Shown in pieces: positions 24,501 through 39,221 of a DNA stretch of 64,000 bases (positions are counted from its first letter, which is position 1; each line of letters begins with the position of its first letter). The notes under the pieces are model-generated. The model saw nothing but the letters and a program-made list of their open reading frames with translations. It made no database searches and was not told the origin of the DNA. A program made the position numbers and the translations under genes. Source of the DNA: Pavona decussata (taxonomy: Eukaryota); contig CDRNST010000148.1 of assembly GCA_977016875.1 (NCBI GenBank), positions 434,001-498,000 on the forward strand, given 5' to 3'.

Positions 24501-27500
24501 GAAAACAAACATTTTTGGGAAAATGTCGCAGCAGCTTTCATGGCCGCGCGCTCTTCGCGTCGGTTCACATGACGTCCATGGGGATAATCTCCATCTACAG
24601 ATTCGGCATCTTTCTCAAGGGCTGGAGGTTTTGGTACATGAATTTATCATGCTAAAAAGAAACAAACAAACAAACAAACAAAAAAAAAACCGGGCAGTTT
24701 TGTAAACTCAGGGAAACATTCGATTCTGATGAAAGTGTGGCCATTCTCCGCCGGATCGTATATCACGGAGGAAGTCATCTACAGATTAGACTCAACTTGA
24801 AACGATGAGAGCTGCCATTAATGGGAAAACGTTTTGGCAATTTAACGTTGATGAACTCAGACTGGTCACGTACCGAATGTAAAGCTGGTTTAATTTTATC
24901 TTAGTATAGCATTATTATCGTGAGCACGTAAAATATAGATTTAATGTTGCCTCGGAGGCGAAAACGAACTGTACATTTTTGCACCAAAGCCGGCCTAAGT
25001 ACTGAATCAGGAGTCGCAAAATTGTTTCGAAGAAGGTTAAATTTATGGTCAATACTAAGCTGTGGCCTGCCGACAATTAACAATCAAACTTACTTAATCC
25101 CCAGCAAAAAGAAAAAATACCTGGTACCTTCAGTGGGCAGATAGATAACTACAAAAAATAAAATCTGTGCCAATTTTGATTAGTAACAGTCAATTCTCTA
25201 GGCTGGCATTGCTGACAAGATTGTGTAAGAAAGAACGGGAACTTCAAATATTTCTTGCTTTCTCTGCAATGATTGTATCTTCAAATGAGCCGTTTCTTAC
25301 ACCGCCGAGGTCAAACACCATTAAATTTTTGCAAATTGTAGATCACTTTCAACTAAAATTACAGAAGGTACAACATGACTGATTTGAATGGCTGAAAAGT
25401 CGATCTCATGAGCGATATTTAGTGGTATTACTAAATCGTAAGATTGCTCTCGATCAAGAAGCAAACAAACTTAAGACTATCTTTGGATACTTTTTTAAGA
25501 TCATTCGGTGAATCTTATTTAAAGAATCTTATTGTTTAAGAAAGACCACGGACAACAAAGCGTTGTATAAGCACTGGGATGTTCACAAATTTGTTGATCA
25601 GAACTGACCAGTTTTGCAGCGTCATTTTAGATCTCAGAGAATATGGCGTAGGTTGTTTAGTGTAAACGAAAGCTAGGGAATATATAGATCCCAAGAGAAA
25701 GGGTTGAAACAAAGTTCAGAGATGTTTTAACGAGATCTGCGAACTGACGATTGTTGAATTAAAAAAATTTGTTGTCTTCAGAGAAGTCAACTAATTTGAT
25801 TTTCAGTGTCACTTGCAAGCAAGAAAATTGGGCAAACTCAAGGAACCACACCTTGAAACAATTAAAGCACACTTCTACCAAAACAACGTTTTCTCTTTTC
25901 AGGTTTAGCGGCTTCGTAGGAGTTCAGTGTAGGAAAATGATGTAAAGAAAACGAACAATGTATACGAAGCTTATCTCTAAGCGTACGTCGGCCACAAACA
26001 CAACAAACATTACTTTTATCTGAGTTAAACACTGTTTGTTGGACGGATTTTATAGTCATGTAATAAGAAAGATAAATTCAAGCGATGCATGTTTGAGGTG
26101 ACTCTGTAATGCCGTACATCATTCGAAAATTTCACCCGGTGAGACAAAGTTTAATTTACAACTTCAATGTGAGATAAGTAGACTTCAACAGGAGCATTTT
26201 GTGACGAAGTTACTCTTAGCTCTAAGCTACTAACAGAATTCTATACACAGATAGATGAGTTTTAACGTCAGTTAAAATTATTTACAGCTCCTAAAATTAT
26301 TACGTAAAAAATCAGTAGATAATTACCCAAATCACTTTTTCTTGGTTGACTGCGAAAAAGACAATTTGAAAATGCTGAGTTACCTTAGTGAATCCATGAT
26401 TTTTTTGGAACCGGATTTGTCCAGCGTTACGTTGTCCGTAATTTTGCCAGGTTGTCTAAGAAGATTGGACGTGTAAGGTCTTTATACCGTGAGACTCCCA
26501 CAAAGTTGCTTCCTTATTATTCATTATTACACGTATTGTTACTTTGCAATTAAAAGGCCTGTGCCACACTCGGATCTAAGTTCTGTTTCCTAGTTTTGTG
26601 TTTAATGCTTTGTGAAAAGGCTGCCGGCGAGTGGTGGTTAATATAGACGAGTCGATAACATACTTAATAATCCATATCACAGAGTGCTTGACCCGCTCCA
26701 AGCTTATTACATTGTCAATAACACACAAAAAGCTTTTCATTATCACATCCTTATTTAGACAAATGTTCCCTGAAAGAAAATTCAATCATTCAATAGAAGT
26801 ACATCTTACTTGGCGTTATTATGAATTCCGGTACCTTTAATTTCATTTATCGTGCACGTAAGCTTCCTTTATGAGTTCTATGTGGAGCTCAAATCTATTG
26901 ATATTGCGCATTGTTTATCTTTCATATATTGAATGTTTTATTGTAGTTCAATAACAGCTTCTCAAAACACAGTCATGTTAAAGTCGTAATCACATATCCT
27001 CTTAAATGAACTCCTAGTGTTTAGATTTTTTATTTTATTTTATTCCGTAATGAACAATTACAAATCATGATTACTACCCTACTCGAAGTTAGAATTTTAA
27101 CAAAAGCCTCATCCAGACCAAACGGAAATTTTCATAAGTTTGACTTGCAGCACTTGAAAACGTTCATTTAAGATTCACACAACTGCTTTATTAATTCTTT
27201 GTCAGTTAAATGAATTAAATTTTGACGAGCGAGGTAAATAGATGTAATAAGGTAGAGATATAAGTATATGTGTGCGCCTATTGTCAAGGTGATTCTTTGG
27301 TCTTAGATCAGTTATATTGATAACTCAAAGATTTCTCTTTTTGCGTGGTATTCAACTTGTTTTGTTTATTGCAGCGAATCATGACATATTAGATAATGGT
27401 AAAGTCCGTTAAGCTGCTAAAAGCCTTTTGCTTATGCCATTAAAGCCAAGCTCAATATGTTTATCGTTCTAGGAATATAAAACCGGCAATATTTCCTACA

Positions 27501-30500
27501 CAGGCCAAAATTATCTTAAATTCAATTTTCGTAAATTAAAACAGAGAACATTTGTCTTCCTCAATATTCATGACGTGCATTAATGCATACCTTTTTCGAC
27601 CCTCAAAGAGAAAAAAAGCCTTTTCGAAGAGATAAATCACAAAAAATAATAAAAAATCTGCAAATTTGTACCAGAGAGGTTTACATGCGAGGTCTAAGTA
27701 GCGAATCTTTAATTGCACGTGTTGGCTTCTATGTCAACAAATGGATAGATTATAGGACCAAAATCAGTGAAATCTTGATCGATTTCCTTCATTTCGTACT
27801 TTTGGTGCAACCTGCCGTTTATCACCTTAGATTGTGAATTGAACGATTACAAAATCGATTAAAACTAAACGGGGCCGGACTAGAATTAAAAGTGAAACGT
27901 TGTTTTAACTTCCAAGAGTCATGAAATTGCTGCCAAAAGCAAAGACATTAAAAGTAGGAGCAAAGAGAAATCGAACTTCGCTTTCTTTTCTGTTCGATTA
28001 CACAAATCTTTTGCTTGTAGTCATCTTAGCCTTTTTTTAGGAAAGATAACAGCAAATTTACTCAAAGTGAACAATAACATAATTGACATGGGCACACGTT
28101 TTTAAATTAAATGGATTTGTTTCTAATTCTAAATCTGGTGGTATTCTAGTAACGTCACCCACAGATTGGCTTCTTTATCAGACTCCATTCTTGTTACAAA
28201 ACTGAACTTAGCGCCCAGCAAAAAGAGATATGTACTTTGAACGTTGTACGTAATGTGAGCAAATTTTATAGTTGTCGTGCTTATTAAATAATAAACTGTG
28301 TTGTAATCAAGATCAAAGCCGGCAAACAATATTAATATTTGAGACAAATAGAGCAAACTATCATGGGATTTATTTTTTTGTTTGAATCGGTTCTTTTGCT
28401 AATTAAGAACTCGATTTTATTTTCCGCAACTCTTTCCTCCAAACTCCGAAAATAATTTTAAAAAATATGTTAGTTAATTATTTTTGTTTCGATGCGAGTT
28501 GAACCGAATATTCGTAATATTGCTTAGTAGAAGGCAAGTTCCTAATTTTAATATTTATTGGCGTAAATATATTGTTGGACTTTTTAGTCTTTCGTTTGAT
28601 AAAGAATAACATAATATTCGGAAGCCATCATCGAACTCAATCAACATGTTTAGTATTAAAGTAATCTGATTGAAATATTTTTTCGATTTCTACTCCGTTC
28701 AAAAGATCAGTTTTACATTCTATTTAATTCCTATCATGCAGTGACGTACTTCCAACAATCACAGAAAAACGCTAGCAAAAATTCGTTACCTTTAATCTGA
28801 TCTCCTCTCTCTCTCTTGCCAGGAACACATTTTTCGTTGAACTACGGATTTAATGTATTAATGCGTTCGTACACTCGTTTTAAGAAATATAAGAACTCTC
28901 CTTTTGGCTGGTGACGCCTTTTCTCTTTTGTCTTGGATGGTTCAGCCTATGATTTCATTGGACATCGCGATGGACATTTCTGTTTTTAGTTTTCAGATCA
29001 AATGTTGCTGGAAAACAATTGATGTTTTTTCTATCTTTTCTTTGGAGTTTTTACCAAAATAGATAGTTTTGTTCTCATTTCTCTTTTTTCTGTTTTTCTT
29101 AGTGCAGTAAGATTGGAAGCGAGTTGAGGTGCATATACATCCATTTTTAAAAATCAATTCCAGAGTTGAATTCCCTTTCTTGTGCTTTTTCCTTTTCTTC
29201 GTACTCTTTTTAATTCGTGCAAAAAAATTGGTAAAGTTGAAATGTTATACTTTCAAACGTTTCTACTGAATTACTCTCCTAGTTGGAACAGTCAGTTTCA
29301 ACTGAAAACCCCCAAAGATTTTGGTTTAAGAATAGTGAGTAGGCACAAGCCTAATCAAATTGTGAGTGTAAGCAGCGTATGACTTTCGTTAAAAGTTTCA
29401 TTTCTCTCCGGCACAAAGGAAACAGAAATCCATCCCTTGTGGGTAAGCTTCATTTCCGGGATAAGAAGAATTTGAAAAAGCTCGTAAAAAAATTTAATAT
29501 AGCCCATAGTTAGGCTACAAGTGGTAATTATGGATCGATAATTTCTTCGTAGTTTGTACCCTACACGTTAAGACATCATGAAATTTCCTCCTTTTTAGTG
29601 GCAAAATCACATTTTATTTAACTTCACATTCTATTGCGTGCTGGAGATCGAGTCACCTTCCTGAATCTTAAATTCCTTTATGGTAAAAACTGAGTTAACT
29701 TCTGGCTTAACGTTAGCGATCTAGCAAGAATTTTCGTTATGAAATACGTCAATTCCCTTCCTAATCGCTGTGTTGTTGATGACGAGCGAAGCGAATGAAC
29801 ACCTTAAGTCACTGGCGCTGATTTTAGGTCAGAAGCATTATAATTCTATCCGCAGACAGAGAAATCGGTGTTAAGATGTTTAGTCGTCTCTTTTAACCGC
29901 AAAAGGATTACTAAATGGAAAATGTACGTGGCTTGTTATAAACATACGATAAGAGAGGCTACGCGCCGTTGTGAAGTCTAACAGCTGATGCTACGACAAA
30001 AAACAGGCCGGAAAGTTTTTCCTCGGAACATTTACTCCAAGTCGGGAACCGGACGAAAGATTGCAGCAGAGAATTTCACCTGCTAAACCGAACAACGCTA
30101 GATCAGCTCCCTGTCAAGTGATAATGATGAATCATTTGCTGCGATGTGAAGTAACTCCCTACGAACCACTGTTTTTTTTGGATCATTCTTAAAGGACCGG
30201 GGTTTGACCTTGATCTCGTCTAATTCTTATCTTCTGCCAACATTGCCTACTGTTTTTCAGTTTTTCAAAAAAAAAAAAAAAAAAATCTGTTCTGTGGTTA
30301 ATGCAGACTATCGTGGATTCAATAAACTGAGCTCGGTCTTTCAATTAGCAGTTATAATTACTTTTAGTACAAAGATCAGCGCAAATGATTAATCTTTTAT
30401 AGTTTTGTTTTTCGCTGCTTCTAAATTGAAATCATTTTTTGATCATTAGAACTTTCCCGATGCAAACGGGACGGAGATTTCTCAGTTGGGGTTTCACAAA

Positions 30501-33500
30501 ACCTTGCCTTGTTCTTCTCTGAAGGCAAAATAACCAAGCAAAAGTTATCAAATATATTCATGACGGATAGATGGTCAGTTTTCAGGTTAGCAAACAGACT
30601 GACCAGTTGGGAGATGTGTGACAAGTTTAATTAACAGCTTAAAACCATACAATAAGTAATGTTCCTAAATGTGCGAGGATTAAAAGAAGTCATTGGCGCG
30701 TGCGATGATATAAACGTAATAACTAAAAGCAGTTAAGAATCGTTTCAAATACATTTTTGAATGATAGATTAAATGTCAATTTATGATGTCCACCGTATCT
30801 TTCAATTCCGTGAAGGACTATAGTTTGTCGTGGAGGAGAGATTTTTTCCTGCGTGAATTGCATCTTCTAGGCTATTCACACTGCTTTAAATAATACATTA
30901 ATAAAATGGAATTGATATTAATTATAAAGAAGCTTAATTCACAGTGCATATAAGCCAGAGTAAATATCGTCACATCCCTTTAAGCTGCACTGACCTGTTC
31001 TCTAATTGAATTACCTTCGCTTTGACGAGATTGCCTCGTCATTGAAGTTTTCTGGGCGACTGTCTCAGTTACAAAAGAAGATTTCGACTCACTTATCAGT
31101 TCATTAAATTTACTGCGCCGCGACCGGAACTCCACTAACTTAATGGTAAATTGAAAAAGATGCATGCCTAAATTGCTTAGTACAGATAAAGTTATTAGAT
31201 TTTTGGCCTTTTTATTTAGGTTTCCGTGAAGAAAAAGTTGTTTTTATCTCCTGCAGGCTCCTTACACATGCATCAGGGGATATTAAAGAAGTTATTTCCG
31301 AGGGTGATTTTCAAACGCTTTTGTTCGGAAGAAGTGATTAACTTGTGATCAAGCGAACTTTTACGCCACGCTGAGATTTCTTTGAATTTCGCGTCAATAT
31401 TATTCGCTTGTAAAGCATGTGCTTTTAAATATTCTCTTGTAAATAAAAACAGAAAACTATATTTGTTCACCGGGCTTATTGCATTTTTAATACCTACAAT
31501 ATATCGAAAATGCGCAAATTGAGGAAACGCTTACTCCATTTACGAAGACGAGTAGGATAATTTAAGGCGCATTATTTCAAGGCCGCGGCTCAGAAGCACT
31601 CGTTCTAATGAAACACAAAGGCGGGATGTTAAAGCGACAAATGGCAACTACAGCCGACATCGCGTCGAAAGCGAAAAGAGTAACACAAAAGGCTCAAAAA
31701 AGCATTAAAACACAATTCCATTTATGCGCCGGAAGCCTGCAGAAACATGTCACAACTGAGATAAATAATCACTGATGATTTTAACTGGGCTATTGTGAAG
31801 ATTCAGTTTGATAAGCGAACTATTCAGCTGCAGATCTGTGAGCGAAGCCGTGTGTTATCGATTTATATCAACTCGCAGTGCTGAACCTCAAAATCCCTTA
31901 GTTGTTTGACGGCATAACTCACTTTTGCCATTCACTAGACCAATCCGATTTTCTTAAGAAAGAATTACTTTAAAAGTAATGCTATTACTATTGAATATGC
32001 TGTCACTTATTCTAATCAAATGACTTGGTTAACGCATGAAAAAATGTTTAATTTAATCTAACGAAAACAATTCTTAATTTATATATTTGCCGCATTCAAA
32101 GGTGATAAAAGGCAATTTAAAGTGTTCTATTACGTGTTTGAAGCAGTTGCGACACTGCCCGATCGCGTTGCATCGAAACCAAATCCACGACGGAGTTCAA
32201 TTCTCTTTTTCAAAGCCAAGAAATAGCATCCGCAAATTTTGACGATTATACCCGAGGGCATTATTGAGCATCGCAGACGTAAGTGTTTTGATTGATTATC
32301 GGATTTATCATTTCAGAGCGTATTTTTGAAGTGATCATACTTAAATGGAACTGTCAAACGAGATTTGAAATTGTCATCAAAGTGTCGTGGGACCAGTTGT
32401 ACTTCTTTAAAGAGAGGGCTTCCGTGATAACTTCATCATTAGGGACACGCAGTTTCCGGTCCAAGAGAATGGGCTTTCAGATATTTCAAATGGAAGTCAT
32501 TCAGCTGAACTGAGTAGAATTAAACACTGGGTGAGCAAACTAAATTAAACGCGAATTTGTGCGGTTGGGAACAAAACCACACCTGTCCAAATTTCACAAA
32601 CTGCATACGCTTGCAATTTCCATGTCATTACAGAACATTTAGCCAATATTCCCGAATATCAGCCGGGTAATATTGGCCAATACACGGAAACCATACCATA
32701 TATCCATCGTTTTAGCTTTCAGTGAAAGATTTATTGCTTTCACTACCAAGAACAATCAAAGGTAAGAGTGAAATACGGCATAATCTTCTTTTTGATATTT
32801 GGTTCAGTCAGAAAGGGGAATTTTTTCTAAAGATTGTTGGTTAAATATCGCTTTGATGGAGACAGCTTCGTCAATGCCTCTGCAGACATTATTTGCACAA
32901 TGATGCCACCATTGGTTTGAGATAATTTTAAGTAGTTTAGCTAACAAATGATGGAGTGCAAGGTCGGCTCGACTTAGCTGGATCATCTGCTGATATCTCA
33001 GTTTATACTTGCAGTGAAGCGGATTACTGATGTAACCACTCCACATAAGGGATAGCATTTCCCACATAATCTACCAGCGATGAAAGCCGGTAACAACTGC
33101 TCATGTAAGGTCGTTTATTTGCGAAAAATCGTCCATTTAAAGCAGCCTAGGGAGAACACAACGGATCGATAATGCTGACTAACGCAACCTTTAGCCTTGA
33201 CGTGAAGAGCTTCGTTATCGTGGATACTACGCCAGGTATTTTATAAACGTGTAGGTTTGGCATATAGCTACTCCGTGTCGTCTTACAAAATAATAATCAG
33301 TCAGTATAGCCAACTTGAACACGATCTAACGAACACCAAACTATTGCAAAAAAAAAACTTGAACCACAAGCAGTATCCGGCTTCCTTATTCTGTTCCAGT
33401 AATTCAAAGTGAAATAATTTCTTCTTGCCCTTCGTGTGTTTCCCGAGTTCCCCAGACAGTTCTTGTTGTAGTTCTAGTTCCGTATTTACTGTACAGTCTG

Positions 33501-34349
33501 TAATTATAACTGCTCCTTCCTTCCTTCGGCATATGTCAAGTTCAGAAATCGTAGTGAGTCAGTCATATCTGTCTCGTATTCATTTTAGAAACTTTCTGAG
33601 TCATCGATTGGTTGCAGTGCGTATACTAGTCATTAATATCGTGAATAGTGGTGGTAACAGTACTGAATTAAGTGAAAAGAAATTTGATTTTTTTGTACAC
33701 ACACTCCTTTCCGGCTTGCTATTGAACTTCAGTCATTTAATATCGATCGCCCTTTCTCTTGGACACGATCTCACTCGTGTAGGTTCGCGTGAAAATCTGC
33801 CACAACAGGATGTGTTATAGGGCTGTTCCTCAGGAGATCGGCAAGCTTTTTGATTTTACAAACTTCAAAGAAAAAACACGCAACCCAATAAACTATCAGC
33901 CGAACGCTCCAATTTTATGAAAACGCACAAAAAAGAAAGATTCCGTGGATTATTATCGGCCGCTTTAATTCTTTGTCACTTCATGTTAACTGAGATATGT
34001 GTCACCCTTGTAAACGTCTATGTACAAACACATTTTTAAGCTATCAGGCATAGTTGCAAGCTAGCTATTACTCGTCTGGAAGAGATGAACCGTGGTGTTC
34101 TCCCATTGTCCTTCAAATGATTCATTATTCAATGTCCTCTTTCATTTAGCCAGTATGGTATTCACCAGCCGGACTAACCGATATAAAAGTCTCCTCGTTT
34201 AGCGAGGGTGAACTCTTCTACTTCCAGGGCAAGTCTTGACTTGAGTAATCTGGTATTCTCTTTTGAGCTTCTGGAGTGAATCCTTAAAAGGCCATTAAAA
34301 AGGACTTATGACCAATACTTTCCTTCAGGTCAATGATAAAAAAAAGAGC

Positions 34350-34765
34350 ATTTAGACTGGTTTACAGAGCAGTCCGAATTTTGCTATACCGACCGCTAGG
34401 ATACGGACCACTTATTTCACAAAATTCGTTGTTTTCCAATAACTGATGGCGAACAGGTGACTGTTTATTTTGATGAGATGCAGTCTTTTTGCGGGTGTCT
34501 TGTCGACATTTTTGAAAGAACGTTGGCATGAAAAACAAGTTTCTCCTCTGTACCGTGCCAAAAGAAACACGCTTTGCTGTTGGCGAATTTGTGTTAGAGC
34601 CATAACAGTACAATCTTTTTGAGCGAGGCTGTTCGGTGCGCAAGTAAATATATTGGTCTTGTAAAAGAGAAAAAAAAAAAAACAAAAAAAAAAACAAAGA
34701 AAAATCAAACAAACAAAACAATTGGCCACAATACGGACCTCGCGCTATAGAGTAGTTCAATACCT
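34350..34765. repeat. Interspersed repeat/transposon end fragment
   Basis: Repeated ATACGGACC/ATACCGACC subterminal motifs ending GGACCTCGCGCT...TCAATA. Confidence 0.45.
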
Positions 34766-34829
34766 TGAAATTAATGATTTTTATGAAACAGCATAAAGTT
34801 TAACCGGCATTCCAAAGAAATCTATATTG

Positions 34830-35720
34830 GGCCGCACCTTTTTGTTATGTTGCTTTACAAGGTGATTCTATAAGACTGCTAGCTCTGTCTCCTATCAAAT
34901 AATTTGAGAAGACGAGGTGGTTACTCACTTTTTAGTCCCTAGGTCAAATCCTAAAGTGTGACCATTCAAATGAAAGCTACTGGGCAGTACTTTCCTGTTG
35001 TGCTGTTTATTATGGTTTACAAGGTGGCTCTAACTTGTGGATGATAATTTGAGAAGACGAGGTGGTTACTCACTTTTTAGTCCCTAGGTCAAATCCTAAA
35101 GTTTGACTATTCGAATGAACGCTACTGAGCAGTACTGTCCTGTGGTGCTGTTTATTATGGTCTGTTATGGTTTATAAGGTGGCTCTAACTTGTGGATGAA
35201 ATTCTCAAGTTTGACTATTCCAATGAAAGCTACTGAGCAGTACTTTCCTGTGGTGCTGTTTATTATGCTGTACAAGGTGGCTCTTACTTGTGGATGAAAT
35301 TCTTAAGTTTGACCATTCGAATGAAAGCTACTGAGTAGTACTTTCCTGTGGTGCTGTTTATTATGGTCTATTATGGTTTACAAGGTAGCTCTAACTTGTG
35401 GATGAAATCCTAAAGTTTGACTATTCGAATGAAAGCTACTGAGCAGTACTTTCCTGTGGTGCTGTTTATTATGCTGTGCAATAAAATCCTGAAGTGTGAC
35501 CACTCAGATGAAACTATTGAGCTGCACTTACCTGTGGTGCTGTTTATTATGCTGTGCAATGTGGCTCTAACTTTGAGGCTGTTGATGAAATCCTGAAGTG
35601 TGACCATTCAGATGAAATTATTAAGCTGTACTTACCTGTGGTGCTGTTTATTATGCCGAACATGCAAGATGCGGTTCAAACGTTTTGGTCTGTGGATGAA
35701 ATCCTAAAGTGTGACCGCTT
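34830..35720 (+). repeat. ~100-bp satellite-like tandem repeat, about 8 units
   Basis: Unit GTGGATGAAATCCTAAAGTGTGACCATTCAAATGAAAGCTACTGAGCAGTACTTTCCTGTGGTGCTGTTTATTATGCTGTACAAGGTGGCTCTAACTT. Relics at ~15315-15340 (+) and ~36200-36255 (-). Confidence 0.9.
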
Positions 35721-36615
35721 GCATGTGGCCTTTTATTTTGTCTATCATACCAATTGTTTTGGCTGACTGTATAAATGAAGTTCGATTTTAGGCTACCTAG
35801 TTAAACGAAAAACCATTTGCTTCTAGATGATAAGCTTTTGTCGGCAAAGTGTAGTGATTGTTCGGCAATACCTACCCGACTGATCATTGTCTTTCACCAA
35901 ATCAATTTCTTGTGAGTATAATTTAATTTGGAAGATACCGCCAAAGAAACACCGATTTAACTAGAAAAAAATCACCGTTGATAAACAGTATTTAACTTGG
36001 TAATAGTTCAATCAACGAGAATTAAGTCTGAAAAAAAAATAACCGGTGAAAAAAGGGCAGCTGTGAAAAGCGTTTCCCTGCTGAGTTTAATATTCCAGAC
36101 AAAGAGAAAATTGAGCCGAAAAATAGAAGCTCGATCATTGTGAACATAGAGGAAATTAAAAAAGTCTGATTCTTTCTCAGAAAAATCAAAAGTACTGGTA
36201 ACAGCATACAGCCATATGAAGATTATCTATAGTTTGAATTGTCACACTCAAGGATTTCTAAACCGACTACTTGAGGACTCAATGGAGAGAAACACTTCCA
36301 GTTAGATGACTCAAAATCTAGATCGACTTGGTGCTATATATAGAAGGAAAAACATTTTTGCAGAACAAAAGGTCAAAGCCTGTGTAAACAAGACATCTAA
36401 CAAGCAAGGAATTTTTTTTTTTTTTTTTTTGCAAACATGCTTCCTCAATGATGCTTCCTTCGCGTTTTTGTGGGACCTAACAGCTAAGTGGTTTTGCTTT
36501 AGTCACGGAGTTGTGTATGTATCTAAGTACCGTTTCGCGGCTTAAAGGCTGCATTCGATTCAGATATCTTCCTTCAAGGAGAGAGAGGAAAAGAGAAAAC
36601 GATTTTTGGAGAGCT

Positions 36616-36862
36616 CTGGCCCCAGTTGTTCAAAGAGCGGATAATTTTATCCACTGGATAGGTTGCTATCCGGCAGTTAAAATGTGAGCAGTATTTTCCC
36701 GATAATCCTAAAATTTGTGAATAGAGTAGGAGCATATGTCAAATTTAAGTATGGGATTGCGTGGAAAACTTGCCAGAAGCGTTGGTTGGAGTACATTTGC
36801 TCCGCTGGATAGCGACTTATCCAGTGGATAAAGTTATCCGCTCTTTGAACAACTGGGACCTG
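36616..36862. mobile_element. MITE with ~45-bp TIRs
   Basis: CCCAGTTGTTCAAAGAGCGGATAATTTTATCCACTGGATA and TATCCAGTGGATAAAGTTATCCGCTCTTTGAACAACTGGG. Confidence 0.85.
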
Positions 36863-38589
36863 GTATGATATCACGCGAAATCAAGAGTTTTGCCCTTGTT
36901 GGCCCGCATATATAGTTGTTTTTTGGGTGCAAACGTTACACTAATTTGTACGTCCAACAGGCAAATGTCGCGATATAAATTTCTTTTCTCCGTCACCTCA
37001 TCGAGCTAAGTTTTTGAATATCCGAACATTTCAATTATTCATCTCTTTTCCTGGTTTTTCTCCCAATCCACCTTATTTCAAGAGAGATCCGATTGGACGA
37101 TTGGAAAGAACACTATGTTAGAATATGGCCGAAATAGAAATCACTATGAAATAACTTTTGTCGGGTTAGTTCAGAACAAAATGACGAATCCCAAACTTCA
37201 GACGCCAACCTTGAAAGTTTACTGTACTGAAAGCAAGAAGTCGCGTTTGTGCGACGTCGTTAATAAATTTGTCTTTGAATTCATTGAGTCGTCGATCGCG
37301 ATAGATTAAAGTCGCCGGCGAATGAGGACTCATTGGGCAAAAATAGACCAAATTTGAATAAAACTGTTTCAAATTTCAGTGACACAAATTATTTGCAATT
37401 GGATTCCTGTTTTGTTCAACGTGTAAACACTGTGTTGACCAGTCTTTTACGATCTCCTGTAACTCATATTTTGCTGGCCATGACCATACGTAGGCCCATG
37501 ATCTTTTGCTTTCTGAAAATACGCTGATTCCCAATAAGGCGACCATTCCCCCTCACACACAAACACACAAACAGCTAATTCCTAACCAGCCAATGGATCT
37601 AACGCTTACTGCCTCGAAAGTGTCTATTAAACTCGCCCTGATCAAGAAAAGGTGTCCATGATTTTTTAGATTTTGCTTCTTTCAATCGAGTGCCGTACAC
37701 ACTAAAGCGATTTTGCGTCGACATGCAAACGCCTTTCTACAGACAACATATGGCAAAAACATTTAATGAAAATTTTGTCTCCTCAAAGCCTACCTTTGAC
37801 CATGAAATTTGTGTATGCCCTGTTGCCATCTGTACTGCTGGACCGAGTACATACTGATGTCCATTGCCAAAGTAGTGTTATCTCCGCGCACAAAAACGCC
37901 CTTGTACCAAGTCAACTAGTGGCAACACTTAAAGCATGTTAGATCATCTTGGGGCTTTTATTGCCGCGTTTTTCACACGGTCAGGGGGATGGAGACGGCT
38001 TAACCCTAATTAGCGAGGTACTTGCTGCGATTATGATAACCTTGAAGTGATGACGTCCCACACCGCTTGGCGGTTTTATCTGTTATGCTGCACTGAGATA
38101 TCTACCCCTCAAAAACGGTACACTTGGACGAGTTCAGTCTCCATCACTTCTCCCAGTCCAGTATCAAACCTCGAATAATACAAGAGTCTCTAACTTTTAA
38201 GTTTTAAATGAAATAGTTTGCGTGACAATTCAAATGAAACATGTGGAAAGGCACTGTCCGTTGGGATTGTTCATTTTCTTACAGTTGGAAAAAAGCCATG
38301 CGTGATTGTGAACAGGAGCACCCTTAATTTGCGGCGAATGATTTAAAGGGTGAAGAATTGTGGATGTTAGTGAGCAGGTTGTAGTAATGTCATTGAAAAT
38401 CGTCAAGTTCTCTGCGACAAAGAAGGCCGAAATAAAAGCTTTCTTTTTCTTTACGAGAAAACAAAAAAAATTATAGAATCGATCTCTTAATTTTTCCTTT
38501 CTTCCCATTTGGAGAAATGAGGAAATTTAAAAGCATTTCCGTTTGTGGGGGCCGTGAGAGAAGTGCCATGAATTCATGGATTAGAGTTA

Positions 38590-39100
38590 TCGAGTTTGAC
38601 ACAGAGGAGGAAAATTGTTAGACTTGCGACCCATTGCAGCCAATTCGCATGACTCAAAGAACCATTTCCGTGGGAGATTACAAGTTTCTTCTCTTTTTAT
38701 AGAGAAATACATAAGGAATGCATGAAGCGAGTTTGGGTGCAGTAACCAGGGTGGTACGTACTGTAGTACACGAGTCATTGAAATCAGGTCCACGGCTCAA
38801 CGGACTTCTTCAAGCACCAAAATCAAGGCACAATCGTCCTGGGGGTCTAGTGGTATGCTGGAACTTCAACTGTACATTTTGGTGGAGTTTGACAGTTTGA
38901 CCACAAAAATGCCAGTAGTTATTGACCTGTAGCATTTGTATAACAATATTAGAAAAAAAGTCTTCACGGTCTTGCTGCATGATGACCGTGCTGATAGAAA
39001 TTTACAGTCGTTCAGATATTAAATAGCTGCCTGTGGACTATACATCCCCGCTCAGAATAGCATAAGCTAAGGTGGCACAATTGTAGCTTTATTGACGTTG
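38590..39100 (-). pseudogene. Possible highly decayed LINE (I-group) fragment
   Basis: Minus-strand peptide VPPWLLHPN..L....K.ET resembles the PPW motif between RT and RNase H of I-group LINEs. Many stops; weak call. Confidence 0.25.
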
Positions 39101-39221
39101 ACAATCACCTTGTTAGTATTACAGTAGTCGGCATGAACGTATTGATTCTGGAAGTACGTAAATGATACAATATCAGCAAAAGAAACTGCCGCAGTCGACA
39201 TAAAATTATAAAAGATAAAGT

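Noticed and set aside
32804-33067. hAT transposase relic (KIPLSD)
   Set aside because: Only a 5-6 residue resemblance, with no other hAT motifs or TIRs.
34830-35720. CRISPR-like array
   Set aside because: Whole units repeat with no unique spacers, there are no cas genes, and the context is eukaryotic. It is a satellite.
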